Shown in pieces: positions 1-9,086 of a stretch of DNA of 37,524 nt (positions within the stretch are counted from its first letter, which is position 1; every line of letters starts with the position of its first letter). Both the position numbers and the translations under genes were made by a program. Source of the stretch: a virus (lineage: Duplodnaviria > Caudoviricetes); the IMG/VR virus record IMGVR_UViG_3300035533_000068, positions 1 to 37,524 of that record. One strand, 5' to 3'. Under the pieces are notes generated by a model. That model was given only the letters and a program-made list of their open reading frames with translations. It made no database searches and was not told the DNA's origin.

Positions 1-651
1 ATGAAAAATAAAGAAACCTCCGTTAAAGATCAAATCAAAAAAAACATATTATCCTCGCTTTCCGATTTTGTATTTATTTTATCCACAGAAGGTTATTATA
101 TTGATATCATTTCCAATCATCAACATGATTTATTCCTGAATCCGGAAGAGACGATTAACAAACATTTTAAGGAACTTAATTTTAATGATAATTTTACGAT
201 AAATTTAGATAAAGCATTGTCAAATATAAAAAACACCAGTATTACGCAGGTATTCAATTTCTCATCGAATCATCAATTTTATAATGCTAAAATTTCCGAA
301 ATCATATCCGAAAAGGAGGAATTATTAGGTTATGTCATTTTAATCAGAGATGTTTCGGATTTAAAAAAAACAGAACTACAACTGTTAAAACAAATAGAAG
401 AAAATAACCATAAAATTAATGAGCTCAATCGGGATATAGATTTTTATATTAAACAGGGCGATGTAATTACCAGCCAAAGAACTAAAATACAAAAACAAAG
501 AGATCAACTGGCCGTTGAAAAGAAAGATATTGCCAGGCAAAAAGAGTTGATGGAACAAGATCTGGATTTTATCATGAAACAGGGAGATAAAATTGCAGAA
601 CAAAAACATAAAATAAAAATACATAAGGGCGTTAATACGAATTGTACATAA
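1..651 (+). pseudogene. Host PAS-domain + coiled-coil signalling protein, probably 3'-truncated by the prophage
   Basis: PAS/PAC-like N-terminus (SLSDFVFILSTEG...GYVILIRDVSDLKK) and a coiled coil with a 42-aa internal repeat (DIDFYIKQGD at 433, DLDFIMKQGD at 559). No output domain is present, and the last codons overlap a motif repeated in the phage end region. Confidence 0.6.
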
Positions 652-715
652 TTGATTTTGTGATTTGCGCAATTAATGAGTGTTTTCAGATTGCTGGGTT
701 AAAACGAATTGTACA
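637..715 (+). repeat. Direct repeat ACGAATTGTACA (637-648, 704-715), candidate transposase-binding sites of the left end
   Basis: Exact 12-bp repeat at the host/phage junction. Function is inferred from position. Confidence 0.6.
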
Positions 716-868
716 AAAAATTAAAAACAACTTCAATTTGACTTTAATTTAATATATCGTTTTTTTAATAATTTTAGGCACCTTTTTAATTATAATGTAA
801 AAATAGCTAATTAACTTTAATTATAAGGTATTAAAGCAATAAAAAAGCCTAAAAAATGCATTTTATCA

Positions 869-894
869 AGCCTCTTTAGGAGGCTATTTTTTTT
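869..894 (+). terminator. Putative intrinsic terminator blocking read-through from the host gene
   Basis: AGCCTC-TTTAG-GAGGCT hairpin followed by A and 8 T. Confidence 0.5.
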
Positions 895-931
895 GATTTT
901 AGAATAACTGTTTTTTTAGTTTTTAAAACAA

Positions 932-964
932 TAGGGGCGGTAACGGGGGCGAAGCGGGGGCGAA
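932..964 (+). repeat. Three 11-bp G-rich tandem units (TAGGGGCGGTA / ACGGGGGCGAA / GCGGGGGCGAA)
   Basis: Read directly; a GC-rich island in very AT-rich non-coding DNA. Confidence 0.75.
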
Positions 965-1177
965 AAATAATATTTAAAAACAAGGAACTTAAATAGGTAT
1001 CTTATTAATTTTAGTCCGTTTTATAAGATGTTTATAAACAAATATAGACCGTTATTCTATCTGAAAAATATATTGTTTTTATCAGTAAGTTGTTGATATA
1101 CAAAAAATAAGAAAAAATATTGTTTTTTTTGAAGATAGTATGGCGTGTGGGAGATGTTTTATTTGTATATTTTGATA

Positions 1178-1861
1178 TTATTCCAATCTTATTGTACCAA
1201 TAACCAAGGCAATTCCTGTTATTTCTTCTTTTGGTATAAGAAACGGGTCGTAATCTTTATTATCGGACAATGCAATTAAGTAGTTTTTGTCTTTTGCTTG
1301 TTTTATCCTTTTTATTAAAATACCTTGTTCTGCTGTAGAAATTACATGAACTTTATTCCATTGTATAAACTGACTCTCTTTTATTATTCTGCACGCTACA
1401 ATATCTCCACTATAATATTTAGGAACCATACTGCTTCCTGTAACTCGTAGCATAAAATCTATATTGCTAAAATCAGGGATAACATATCTATCCTCGATAT
1501 CTTTAGCCTCTATTTTAAAATTAACATTCCCAAAACCTCCAACAGCTTCAATGTTAACTAATGGTATGCCAATTTTTTTTACAACATATTCTTCTACTGG
1601 CACTTTTTCGGCTCTTTCGGTTATCCTAAAATCATTCATTCTTCCCTTGCCGGTAATTAGCCAATCGATATTTATGAAAGGATATTTTTTTACAGTATTC
1701 TGTATTACTTTTATTCCAACATTACTTCTGGATTTCAATATTTCATTCATCATGGACGTACTAACAGAAATTTCTTTAGCAAAATCACTTGGACTTTTTA
1801 TTTTTTTTTGATTTAAAAGACTCTCATAAACCTTTATAAATCTTTCTGTTATATCGTTCAT
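1178..1861 (-). CDS. CI/LexA-like phage repressor (HTH + S24 peptidase)
   Basis: N-terminal HTH (SDFAKEISVSTSMMNEILK), INIDWLITGKG linker, S24 motifs RVTGSSMVP and ILIKRI; divergent from the early operon. Confidence 0.92.
   Translation of the reverse strand: MNDITERFIKVYESLLNQKKIKSPSDFAKEISVSTSMMNEILKSRSNVGIKVIQNTVKKYPFINIDWLITGKGRMNDFRITERAEKVPVEEYVVKKIGIPLVNIEAVGGFGNVNFKIEAKDIEDRYVIPDFSNIDFMLRVTGSSMVPKYYSGDIVACRIIKESQFIQWNKVHVISTAEQGILIKRIKQAKDKNYLIALSDNKDYDPFLIPKEEITGIALVIGTIRLE
1687..1704. promoter_or_regulatory. Third operator copy inside the repressor CDS (TTTTTACAGTATTCTGTA)
   Basis: 17/18 identical to 1900-1917; core is the palindrome TACAG-N4-CTGTA. Confidence 0.6.
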
Positions 1862-1873
1862 TCTAATGTTTTT

Positions 1874-1917
1874 TACAAAATACTGTAAAAAAGATTTGGT
1901 TTTTACAGTATTTTGTA
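1874..1917. promoter_or_regulatory. Repressor operator pair: perfect 18-bp inverted repeat (1874-1891 / 1900-1917)
   Basis: TACAAAATACTGTAAAAA and TTTTTACAGTATTTTGTA, 8-bp spacer. The right copy fills the spacer of the early promoter. Confidence 0.75.
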
Positions 1918-1925
1918 TAAATTTG
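1895..1925 (+). promoter_or_regulatory. Early (lytic) promoter, Bacteroidota primary-sigma type
   Basis: TTTG 1895-1898, 19-bp spacer, TAAATTTG 1918-1925. Confidence 0.75.
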
Positions 1926-1941
1926 TATAGTCATCAATACA

Positions 1942-1974
1942 CAAAAATACGGAAAAATGAATCTAAATGTCAAA
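1942..1974 (-). promoter_or_regulatory. Repressor (lysogenic) promoter facing the early promoter
   Basis: Minus strand: TTTG (1974-1971), 21-bp spacer, TATTTTTG (1949-1942). Confidence 0.65.
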
Positions 1975-2163
1975 TTATTCTCAGAAAAACAACTTACTCC
2001 TTATCAGGAGATAGCTAAGAAATATAATGTATCACCGGATTATGTAGGAGTTATAGCAAGAGGAGAAAGAAAAGCAATTAGAGGAAAGGCTTTAAAAATA
2101 AAGAAAGAGTTGATTGCAATGGTAGAAGAAAAGGAAGCAAGGAAGTTTGATACTAAAAAATAA
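1957..2163 (+). CDS. Ner/Cro-like small HTH regulator
   Basis: YQEIAKKYNVSPDYVGVIARGER HTH; first gene of the early operon. Confidence 0.8.
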   Translation: MNLNVKLFSEKQLTPYQEIAKKYNVSPDYVGVIARGERKAIRGKALKIKKELIAMVEEKEARKFDTKK

Positions 2164-2177
2164 CAAAAGGTAATTCT

Positions 2178-4217
2178 ATGTCTCCATTTGAATACCATAA
2201 TAATATATTAGGAGTGCAATCAAGATATCTTTTCTATGGCAGAAACTCGTGCAATGATAGCATGAAGTTTATTAGCGATAGAGCTTTCAGGGATAGGGTT
2301 AAACAGGAAAAAATAATCCGTTTACGTTATACCGGACCAAATTCACCATCATTAGTCATTTTTGAAAGTTTACCTATTGATTGGCAGAATAAACTAATAG
2401 AAAAATTCGGCGACCCGCCGGAGCAGGCCCGACAATCTTTGTTCAGTAAGTATTACGAGCGCGATAAAACCGCTTATGATTACTACATGAAATATCAAAA
2501 ACCTGATGGAACTTTCCTGGATGACGACAAAATCGAAGAGTACACCCTAAATGCTTCCGTGCTTAACTTACTGAACAAAATTCGGGCCATGCGAAAGTCA
2601 TTCAGGAAGGAGTTAAGAGGCGGAACGGCTGACGTTTGGGAGACAATTGTAACCGATTGTGTTAATTTTAAAAGAGAAGTGAGGCATACTTTACCAGAAA
2701 AGCCGAGGCCGCTTTATAATAAGCTAACAAAGTATAATAAGGAAGGATATATTTCTATTATACACAAAGGCGTTAGCAATAAGAACCGTACAAAGGTGAA
2801 TCCCGAAATAGAACAATTTTTAAACGATATGTTTGCCGAACAGGCAGATAAACCAACAGCTACTGAAATAGCCAGACAATATGAAGGTTTTTTAAACGGG
2901 TATGTTACAGTAGTAAATAGCGACACCGGAGAGCTTTACGATCCTAAAGGTTTTCCAAAACTTGGAAAATCTACTGTAAAAAATTATTTAAACGAATGGA
3001 GAAATAAAATAGCTACTCACACTAAGCGCTCAGGGAACCGACAAATTTTAATGAGTAAATTCAAACCTTATCATACACTCATTCAGCCTGAATTTGCCAA
3101 TAGCATAATATCTGTAGATGACCGTCAACCACCTTTTGAATATGCAAACAGTAAAAGAGCATGGTTTTACAATGCTATTGATCTTGGCAGTGAAGCTTTT
3201 ACAACATGGGTATATGGAAAATCGAAAGAGGGAATTATTATAGATTTTTATAGGCAAATGATTCGTAATTATACCGAATGGGGCTTGAATTTACCTGCGG
3301 AGATAGAATGCGAAATGTCATTAAACAGCTCTTTTAAAGATACTTTTTTAAAAGAAGGTGCCATGTTTCAGTTTGTGCGAATTGAACCAAATAACGCACG
3401 AGGTAAACGAATTGAGGGATATTACCGGCCACTAAGATATCAGCTTGAAAAGAAACGCGAAGGATGGCTGGCGCGTCCGTTTGCATTGGCCGAAAGTAAC
3501 CAGGCTGGCAGTAATAAAGTGCCACAATTGGGATATGATGAAATTATACAAGGTTCTTTAAAGGATATTGAAACTTGGAATAATATGCCGCATTCCAAAA
3601 TTAAAAATATGAGCCGTTGGGAGGTGTTTCTTGCAACTCAACACCCGAGCGTACAACCAACCAACTGGCGTGCTTTTTTGCCGCACTTAGGTTACAAAAC
3701 AGAAACAAGCTGCCGTGCAGGAATTATTAAGCTTCAAAATTCCGAATTTTTGTTGGGAGAGAACAGCCTGATAAGTTATTCTGACGAATTAATAAAATTA
3801 ATGGATATAGTTGAAGGGAAACCGCTTGATGTTTATTGGATAGATGGTAATGACGGCAAAGTGCTCAAAGCATTGGTTTATTTGCGTGGCACATCGAAGT
3901 ATATATGCGAAGCGGTTGCTAAACCTGGTTATAAAAAGGCACGAATTGAGCAAAAACCGATTGACCTGGCAAACCGTGAGGCAATGGTGAAATATGTAAG
4001 TACGGTTGAAGGTTACCAACGCCGAAGGGCTCGAAGTATTAATAAGATAACTGTTATTGATGAACGTCCGGTAACGCTGAACAATAAGTTTACCATCCCT
4101 GAACTGCATAAAAATAAAACATTAAATACCGAACCGGAAGCATTACCAGATGCTGAAGAGTTCGAATTAAACACCGTTGAAACACCATTTAATAAAAGTT
4201 TAGGCGATAGATTTTAA
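2178..4217 (+). CDS. MuA-like DDE transposase/integrase
   Basis: 679 aa, located between the Ner-like gene and the AAA ATPase. RNase H-fold signatures: ISVDD, AIDLGSEAF, NARGKRIEGYY, IETWNN. Confidence 0.88.
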   Translation: MSPFEYHNNILGVQSRYLFYGRNSCNDSMKFISDRAFRDRVKQEKIIRLRYTGPNSPSLVIFESLPIDWQNKLIEKFGDPPEQARQSLFSKYYERDKTAYDYYMKYQKPDGTFLDDDKIEEYTLNASVLNLLNKIRAMRKSFRKELRGGTADVWETIVTDCVNFKREVRHTLPEKPRPLYNKLTKYNKEGYISIIHKGVSNKNRTKVNPEIEQFLNDMFAEQADKPTATEIARQYEGFLNGYVTVVNSDTGELYDPKGFPKLGKSTVKNYLNEWRNKIATHTKRSGNRQILMSKFKPYHTLIQPEFANSIISVDDRQPPFEYANSKRAWFYNAIDLGSEAFTTWVYGKSKEGIIIDFYRQMIRNYTEWGLNLPAEIECEMSLNSSFKDTFLKEGAMFQFVRIEPNNARGKRIEGYYRPLRYQLEKKREGWLARPFALAESNQAGSNKVPQLGYDEIIQGSLKDIETWNNMPHSKIKNMSRWEVFLATQHPSVQPTNWRAFLPHLGYKTETSCRAGIIKLQNSEFLLGENSLISYSDELIKLMDIVEGKPLDVYWIDGNDGKVLKALVYLRGTSKYICEAVAKPGYKKARIEQKPIDLANREAMVKYVSTVEGYQRRRARSINKITVIDERPVTLNNKFTIPELHKNKTLNTEPEALPDAEEFELNTVETPFNKSLGDRF

Positions 4218-4239
4218 TATTAATTAAACCTTAATTATT

Positions 4240-5136
4240 ATGTTACAAATTAGTTCTGAATTTAAACAAAAAGTTGCTACTGCTCTTTTAAATGACCGTA
4301 ATAATTACGGCGGTAGCGATGCTTCATTTGCTAAAAAATGGAGCATTAACAAGGCTATATTTAGCCGGATAAAAAAAGGTGAAATACAGGGCATATTAAG
4401 CGATGCTGCCTGGTTAAACATTGGTTCAAAGCTGGATGTTACCATGAACAACAAAAAATGGAAAACCGCCCGGACTGATGTATTTAACATTGTGGAGGAA
4501 GAAGTAACTTTCTGCAAAGAGTATAGCAAAAGCTTAATTATTGCCGATGAATGCGGTATTGGTAAAAGCCACACAGCAAAATACCTGAGCCGCACCCTTC
4601 CAAATTGCTTTTATATCGATTGTAAGCAGGCAAAATCAACACAATTATTTGTTAGAACATTGGCCAGAACGATAGGTGTTGATAGCCAGGGACGTTTTGC
4701 CGAGGTAAAGCAAAATTTGAAATATTACTTATCGATACTTGAAAAGCCAGTAATTATTGCCGATGATGCCGGATATTTACGTTACCAGGCATATATGGAA
4801 TTATTAGAACTTATTGACGCCACTGAAAATGTTTGCGGTTGGTACCAAATAGGTGATGATAGTTTACGCGAGAAGATAGAGCGAGGAATTAATTCAAAAA
4901 AAGTTGGTTACCGTGCTATGTTTAGTCGTAATGGTAATCGATATACATCAGTTATTCCGACAAATAACAATGAAAAGCTGGCATTTTATAAAAAAATGTT
5001 GCGCGATGTTTTGGCGGTTAATGCAAAAGAAGGAACTAATGTAGATGAATTAGTAATGAAATGTATTCGCTCTGATAACAATCAACTAATAGGTGATTTA
5101 CGCAGAGCTGAAAGTGTTTTAAGATTATCGCAATGA
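4240..5136 (+). CDS. MuB-like AAA+ transposition ATPase with N-terminal HTH
   Basis: Walker A CGIGKS, Walker B IIADDAG, C-terminal GDLRR; follows the transposase. Confidence 0.88.
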   Translation: MLQISSEFKQKVATALLNDRNNYGGSDASFAKKWSINKAIFSRIKKGEIQGILSDAAWLNIGSKLDVTMNNKKWKTARTDVFNIVEEEVTFCKEYSKSLIIADECGIGKSHTAKYLSRTLPNCFYIDCKQAKSTQLFVRTLARTIGVDSQGRFAEVKQNLKYYLSILEKPVIIADDAGYLRYQAYMELLELIDATENVCGWYQIGDDSLREKIERGINSKKVGYRAMFSRNGNRYTSVIPTNNNEKLAFYKKMLRDVLAVNAKEGTNVDELVMKCIRSDNNQLIGDLRRAESVLRLSQ

Positions 5137-5783
5137 AAAAACGAAGCTTAACAACAAAAAATCTGTTCGACAAAAAACCTGGTAAACTTGTAAAGTTTGC
5201 TTCCGATGCTTTTAAAGAATTAATTGGAACAGAAGCAGAACTAAAAGGTTGCTGGCTGATTTACGGGCCTGAAAAAAACGGAAAAACGTGGTTATCATTG
5301 CGGCTTGCCAAAGATTTGGCGGTAAATCATAAGATAACTTATATAAGTGCCGAAGAGGGAATGGACGTATCATTTAAGTTAGCTTGTAAAAGAGCAGGGA
5401 TAACACGAGGTGATAAAATTTTGTTTGACGAATATATTCCTGTTCCTGAGCTTATAGATAAATTCCAAAAGCAAAAATCATCGGAGGTAATTATCATTGA
5501 TAATTTGCTCATTTATAAAGATGATTTTCGCTATTTACGAATTATTGACTTTTTGGCACAATTAAGTAATAAGCTGGTGATTTTTATCGGCCACGAAGAG
5601 CGCAAAGAACCTTATCCTTCTGTTGCGCGCGAAGCAAAAAAAGTATGTAAAGCATACATCCACGTTTTAGGACTTCGTGCATTTATAGTAAGCCGGTATA
5701 GTAAAGGCGGGTATGTTGATATTGATATGGAGAAAGCAGAACTGTACTGGGGCAGTGAACTTGAAGAAACTAAAAAAGAATAA
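5133..5783 (+). CDS. Second P-loop ATPase (RecA/KaiC-like)
   Basis: Walker A GPEKNGKT, YISAEEG, Walker B IIIDN. Confidence 0.8.
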   Translation: MKKRSLTTKNLFDKKPGKLVKFASDAFKELIGTEAELKGCWLIYGPEKNGKTWLSLRLAKDLAVNHKITYISAEEGMDVSFKLACKRAGITRGDKILFDEYIPVPELIDKFQKQKSSEVIIIDNLLIYKDDFRYLRIIDFLAQLSNKLVIFIGHEERKEPYPSVAREAKKVCKAYIHVLGLRAFIVSRYSKGGYVDIDMEKAELYWGSELEETKKE

Positions 5784-5786
5784 GCC

Positions 5787-6212
5787 ATGTTGATAGCAGA
5801 AAAAAGAGTACTTGTGCATAAGCTGCTTTGGAAATTAGGAGCTTTGGAAAATAAAGCTGATTTTCTTAAGGAGTATGGAGCAGCAAGTACTACTGAATTA
5901 TCTGATGATGAGATAGACCATCTTATTATGCGGCTCCAAAAAAGCGTTGAATGTAAATTCAATAATGATAATGAAATTCGCATTTGGCGTTCTAACGCAC
6001 TAACTCTTATTAATAAGCTTGGTATATATGTTACCAATAACGATTGGAGTAATGTAAACAAGTTTATGCTTGATAAGCGAATTTGCGGCAAAATGCTATA
6101 TGAGTTGAATGTTGATGAGCTTAAAAAGCTATGTAAAAAGCTCCGAAGCATAGTTGCTAAAAAAGAAGGATATGATAAATCTAATTTAATTAACGGAATA
6201 AGTCTGAACTAA
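5787..6212 (+). CDS. GemA/DUF1018-like early protein
   Basis: STTELSDDEIDHLI motif and C-terminal LNVDELKKL...LRSI; Mu-like position. Confidence 0.5.
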   Translation: MLIAEKRVLVHKLLWKLGALENKADFLKEYGAASTTELSDDEIDHLIMRLQKSVECKFNNDNEIRIWRSNALTLINKLGIYVTNNDWSNVNKFMLDKRICGKMLYELNVDELKKLCKKLRSIVAKKEGYDKSNLINGISLN

Positions 6213-6406
6213 TGGAGAGAGATTATAAAATTACAAACATAGAAATTTGCCGCCGTTGCCAGGGCGATGGTATTATAATAGATGAAGAAACGGGAAAAGA
6301 AACTATTTGCCCTGTTTGCAACGGTAACGGCATGGTGGTAGTTGAAAAAGATTTGCGAATCAGGATATTTCCAAAAACACCAAAGCCTTATGCAGGAAGC
6401 AGATAA
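6212..6406 (+). CDS. Small DnaJ-type zinc-finger protein
   Basis: Two CxxCxGxG motifs: CRRCQGDG and CPVCNGNG. Confidence 0.75.
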   Translation: MERDYKITNIEICRRCQGDGIIIDEETGKETICPVCNGNGMVVVEKDLRIRIFPKTPKPYAGSR

Positions 6407-6608
6407 AGAGTATATAAAAAACGTTGAAAAGCAACTTGATTCTTTTCATAAAAAGAAAACAGCCCTAATTCTATGGCTTAAAAAACACCCTTACAGCCAT
6501 CCCGATTATGATTTGAAAAAGCGGGAATTGAATAATGTAGAATGGAAAATAAAACAATTAATTGAAAGAAAATCAATAAAAAAAAGCTATGACTACCAAG
6601 ATTTTTAG
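6390..6608 (+). CDS. Hypothetical phage protein (start moved to ATG 6390)
   Basis: Tightly packed ORF in the early operon. Confidence 0.6.
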   Translation: MQEADKEYIKNVEKQLDSFHKKKTALILWLKKHPYSHPDYDLKKRELNNVEWKIKQLIERKSIKKSYDYQDF

Positions 6609-6792
6609 AAATAAAAAAATAGTAAATGCGGAAATTAAAACGCTTTCGGATCTCATTGATAAGCGTGAAAAGTGGCTGAGAGATCCGAATAATAAAAATC
6701 GTAGTACCTATTCAGCCGTTAAGCTGGATACGCTCGAAATGCAGGAAAAAAAACATGCATTAATTGAAGAACTTAATAATTTGGAGGATTAA
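6589..6792 (+). CDS. Hypothetical coiled-coil phage protein
   Basis: Overlapping operonic ORF. Confidence 0.6.
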   Translation: MTTKIFRNKKIVNAEIKTLSDLIDKREKWLRDPNNKNRSTYSAVKLDTLEMQEKKHALIEELNNLED

Positions 6793-6795
6793 TTT

Positions 6796-7155
6796 ATGGA
6801 AACAAAATTTTTAGTTAAAGATATTGATTCCCGTGATGGAGATGTTGCACTACAGCTAAACAATTTCAGTAAAAGTGGCTGGGAATTGGTAGCAACATCT
6901 ACCAAGATAAACAAAAACAATCTCTTAATAATTACGTGCATTTTTAAAATGGGCAGTAAAATGACTGTTTTAGATTTAAAAAAGCAGCTGAACAATTTTA
7001 TCCTGGATAATAAAAAAGTGCTGGAAGATATACATTTTACAATGATGTATAGCGAAAAAAAACAGCAGGATAAAGAAATGGACAGGCTTTTTATGCAAAC
7101 CAAAAAGGTAATTGTAAAAGCACAACAATGTATTGATATACTAAACGAAATTTGA
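6796..7155 (+). CDS. Hypothetical protein with DUF4177-like N-terminus
   Basis: LNNFSKSGWELVA resembles the DUF4177 motif; operonic spacing. Confidence 0.5.
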   Translation: METKFLVKDIDSRDGDVALQLNNFSKSGWELVATSTKINKNNLLIITCIFKMGSKMTVLDLKKQLNNFILDNKKVLEDIHFTMMYSEKKQQDKEMDRLFMQTKKVIVKAQQCIDILNEI

Positions 7156-7156
7156 T

Positions 7157-7393
7157 ATGGACAAAGCGACAATATTTTTAATAGCATTATTATTAATAAT
7201 GGCCATAGCATTTATATTATTAATAATACAGTTGCATAAATTAAATGTTGAATTTATACAGCTTACCGAAAAGCAGCAAAAAGCATTGGAAGAGGTACAC
7301 CAAAATGCTAAAAAGATACAAAAGAATATTGAGCACTTCCAAAAAAGAAAAGGATATGCGCAAAAAATAAAACAAATCAGTTATCAACTTTAA
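7157..7393 (+). CDS. Small membrane-anchored coiled-coil protein
   Basis: N-terminal hydrophobic helix followed by a Q/K-rich coil. Confidence 0.6.
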   Translation: MDKATIFLIALLLIMAIAFILLIIQLHKLNVEFIQLTEKQQKALEEVHQNAKKIQKNIEHFQKRKGYAQKIKQISYQL

Positions 7394-7405
7394 ATTTTAT
7401 CAAAA

Positions 7406-8023
7406 ATGGGACATCAAAAATCAAATCAGGAGTTCTGGATTGACGAAAGTGGGAATAAGGTTCCTTATTCCAGGACCACCAAGACCGAAAGGTTAATGGA
7501 ACGAACAGCAGCTAAACTATTGAAAGATGCAAAACAGCTGAACGAAAAGCTTAAACAGTATAAAGAAGCTTTTGCCGAAGCTTGTAACGCAGTTTATCAA
7601 TCTTTTTTGCAAGAAAAAGAAATCTCTACAGACCGAAAAGGTAATTTTACATGGTATAATTTTGATCGAAGCATCAAAATTGAGCTTTCTATTAATGAAC
7701 GAGTTACTTTCGATGACTTGCTAATTACTTCTGCACGTGAAAAACTAAATATGTTTTTAACAGATAATGTTTCCGGTAAAACCGAATTTATAAAAGAGAT
7801 GGTAATTGATGCCTTTAAAACAAGTAAGGGACAACTCGATTCTAAGAAAATTATGAATCTATTAAAGTATAAAGGAAAGATAAAAGATAAATTATTCCAA
7901 AGTGCTATGGAAGATATTGAAAGTTCAATTCGCAGACCTTCATCTCGCAAATATTTCCGAATATCTGAACGCCAACCGGATGGCGAATATAAGGCAATTG
8001 ATTTAAACTTTAGCAGCATTTAA
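7406..8023 (+). CDS. DUF3164 family protein (Mu-like early region)
   Basis: FWIDESGNKVP, KGNFTWYNFDRSIKI, RRPSSRKYFRI and IDLNFS signatures. Confidence 0.8.
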   Translation: MGHQKSNQEFWIDESGNKVPYSRTTKTERLMERTAAKLLKDAKQLNEKLKQYKEAFAEACNAVYQSFLQEKEISTDRKGNFTWYNFDRSIKIELSINERVTFDDLLITSAREKLNMFLTDNVSGKTEFIKEMVIDAFKTSKGQLDSKKIMNLLKYKGKIKDKLFQSAMEDIESSIRRPSSRKYFRISERQPDGEYKAIDLNFSSI

Positions 8024-8025
8024 AA

Positions 8026-8244
8026 ATGGCACATAAGTACCGAAAAAACACCTTGTTAAAAATGATACGTGTTCAGGAAATTACCCTTGAACATACCAGA
8101 AAGGGTATCACCCAGGAGTGGGTTTTTCAGCATATCATTAAAGAAAAATTTTTTATTAACAGGAGTGCATATTATAAATATTTAGGTACTAACGCCAAAA
8201 AGCTGATTAAAAAGCAGTATCCCGAAGCACTTAATGAAACGTGA
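8026..8244 (+). CDS. Small HTH-like protein, possible transcriptional regulator
   Basis: FFINRSAYYKYL resembles a recognition helix. Confidence 0.5.
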   Translation: MAHKYRKNTLLKMIRVQEITLEHTRKGITQEWVFQHIIKEKFFINRSAYYKYLGTNAKKLIKKQYPEALNET

Positions 8245-8575
8245 AAAGGTATATATAGCAGGCCCTGTCACCGGAATTGAAAGAAAAGCAGTGATAAACA
8301 CTTTTACTACCTGGGAAAATTACTTGTTAACCCTGGGATACGAAGTGATAAACCCTGTTAAAATAGTGGAGACGGATACCGAGTGGCAGGAAGCAATGTA
8401 TATATGCCTTTTTCATTTAGCGCAATGCGATAAAGCGCTGTTTATGCAAAACTGGATACACAGCAAAGGCGCTTCTATTGAAATGGAGTTTTGTATAAAA
8501 AATGGTATAACGCTGCTTTCGCGAGGATTAATTGAAAGCGCATATTTTAATAAAGTTTATAAAAAAATACTATGA
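8234..8575 (+). CDS. DUF4406 / nucleoside 2-deoxyribosyltransferase-like protein
   Basis: VYIAGPVTG, VINP, NWIHSKGASIE. Confidence 0.85.
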   Translation: MKREKVYIAGPVTGIERKAVINTFTTWENYLLTLGYEVINPVKIVETDTEWQEAMYICLFHLAQCDKALFMQNWIHSKGASIEMEFCIKNGITLLSRGLIESAYFNKVYKKIL

Positions 8576-8904
8576 ATGATTTTTTAAACGCTCAAATTAC
8601 AGAGCATTGTAGTTTAATTCGTAAAGGCTGCAAGCCGGCCAGCTTAATTCCATATCAGGAGAGGTACCACGAAGAGGTAACTGAAATAGTTAAGGATGCC
8701 GGTTTACTTTTCCATGCCACCGTAAACGATAATGGTTGGGCTAAAATTTATATTTTTAAAAATCCCATACTTCGTTATGTTATTAATGATTTGCCAAAAA
8801 AGCCAAAAACACCTGCCGACCACTTTTTATTAGGTTCTTTTTTTGGCTATGATGTAGATACTATCTGTCATTTTATCACAAAAAATATTATGAACTATGA
8901 ATGA
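8572..8904 (+). CDS. Hypothetical phage protein
   Basis: ATGA-type overlap with the preceding gene; LLGSFFGYD motif. Confidence 0.6.
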   Translation: MNDFLNAQITEHCSLIRKGCKPASLIPYQERYHEEVTEIVKDAGLLFHATVNDNGWAKIYIFKNPILRYVINDLPKKPKTPADHFLLGSFFGYDVDTICHFITKNIMNYE

Positions 8905-9085
8905 GTTAATTGACTTTTTGCAAGGGAATATAGCCAGTATAGAAAATGAAAATGAAGAAATACAGGAACGCATAGATATTGGCTTTTATACAGATGATAA
9001 ATTTTGGTACACCCAAATGAGAGAAAATCGAGAGCTTATAAGGCAAATGCGTAAAGCAATAAAAATGTTTAAAACATTAGATTAA
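8897..9085 (+). CDS. Hypothetical protein
   Basis: Operonic ORF. Confidence 0.55.
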   Translation: MNELIDFLQGNIASIENENEEIQERIDIGFYTDDKFWYTQMRENRELIRQMRKAIKMFKTLD

Positions 9086-9086
9086 A

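Noticed and set aside
1039-1046. Outward-facing minus-strand TATATTTG box
   Set aside because: No properly spaced -33 element; likely by chance in AT-rich DNA.
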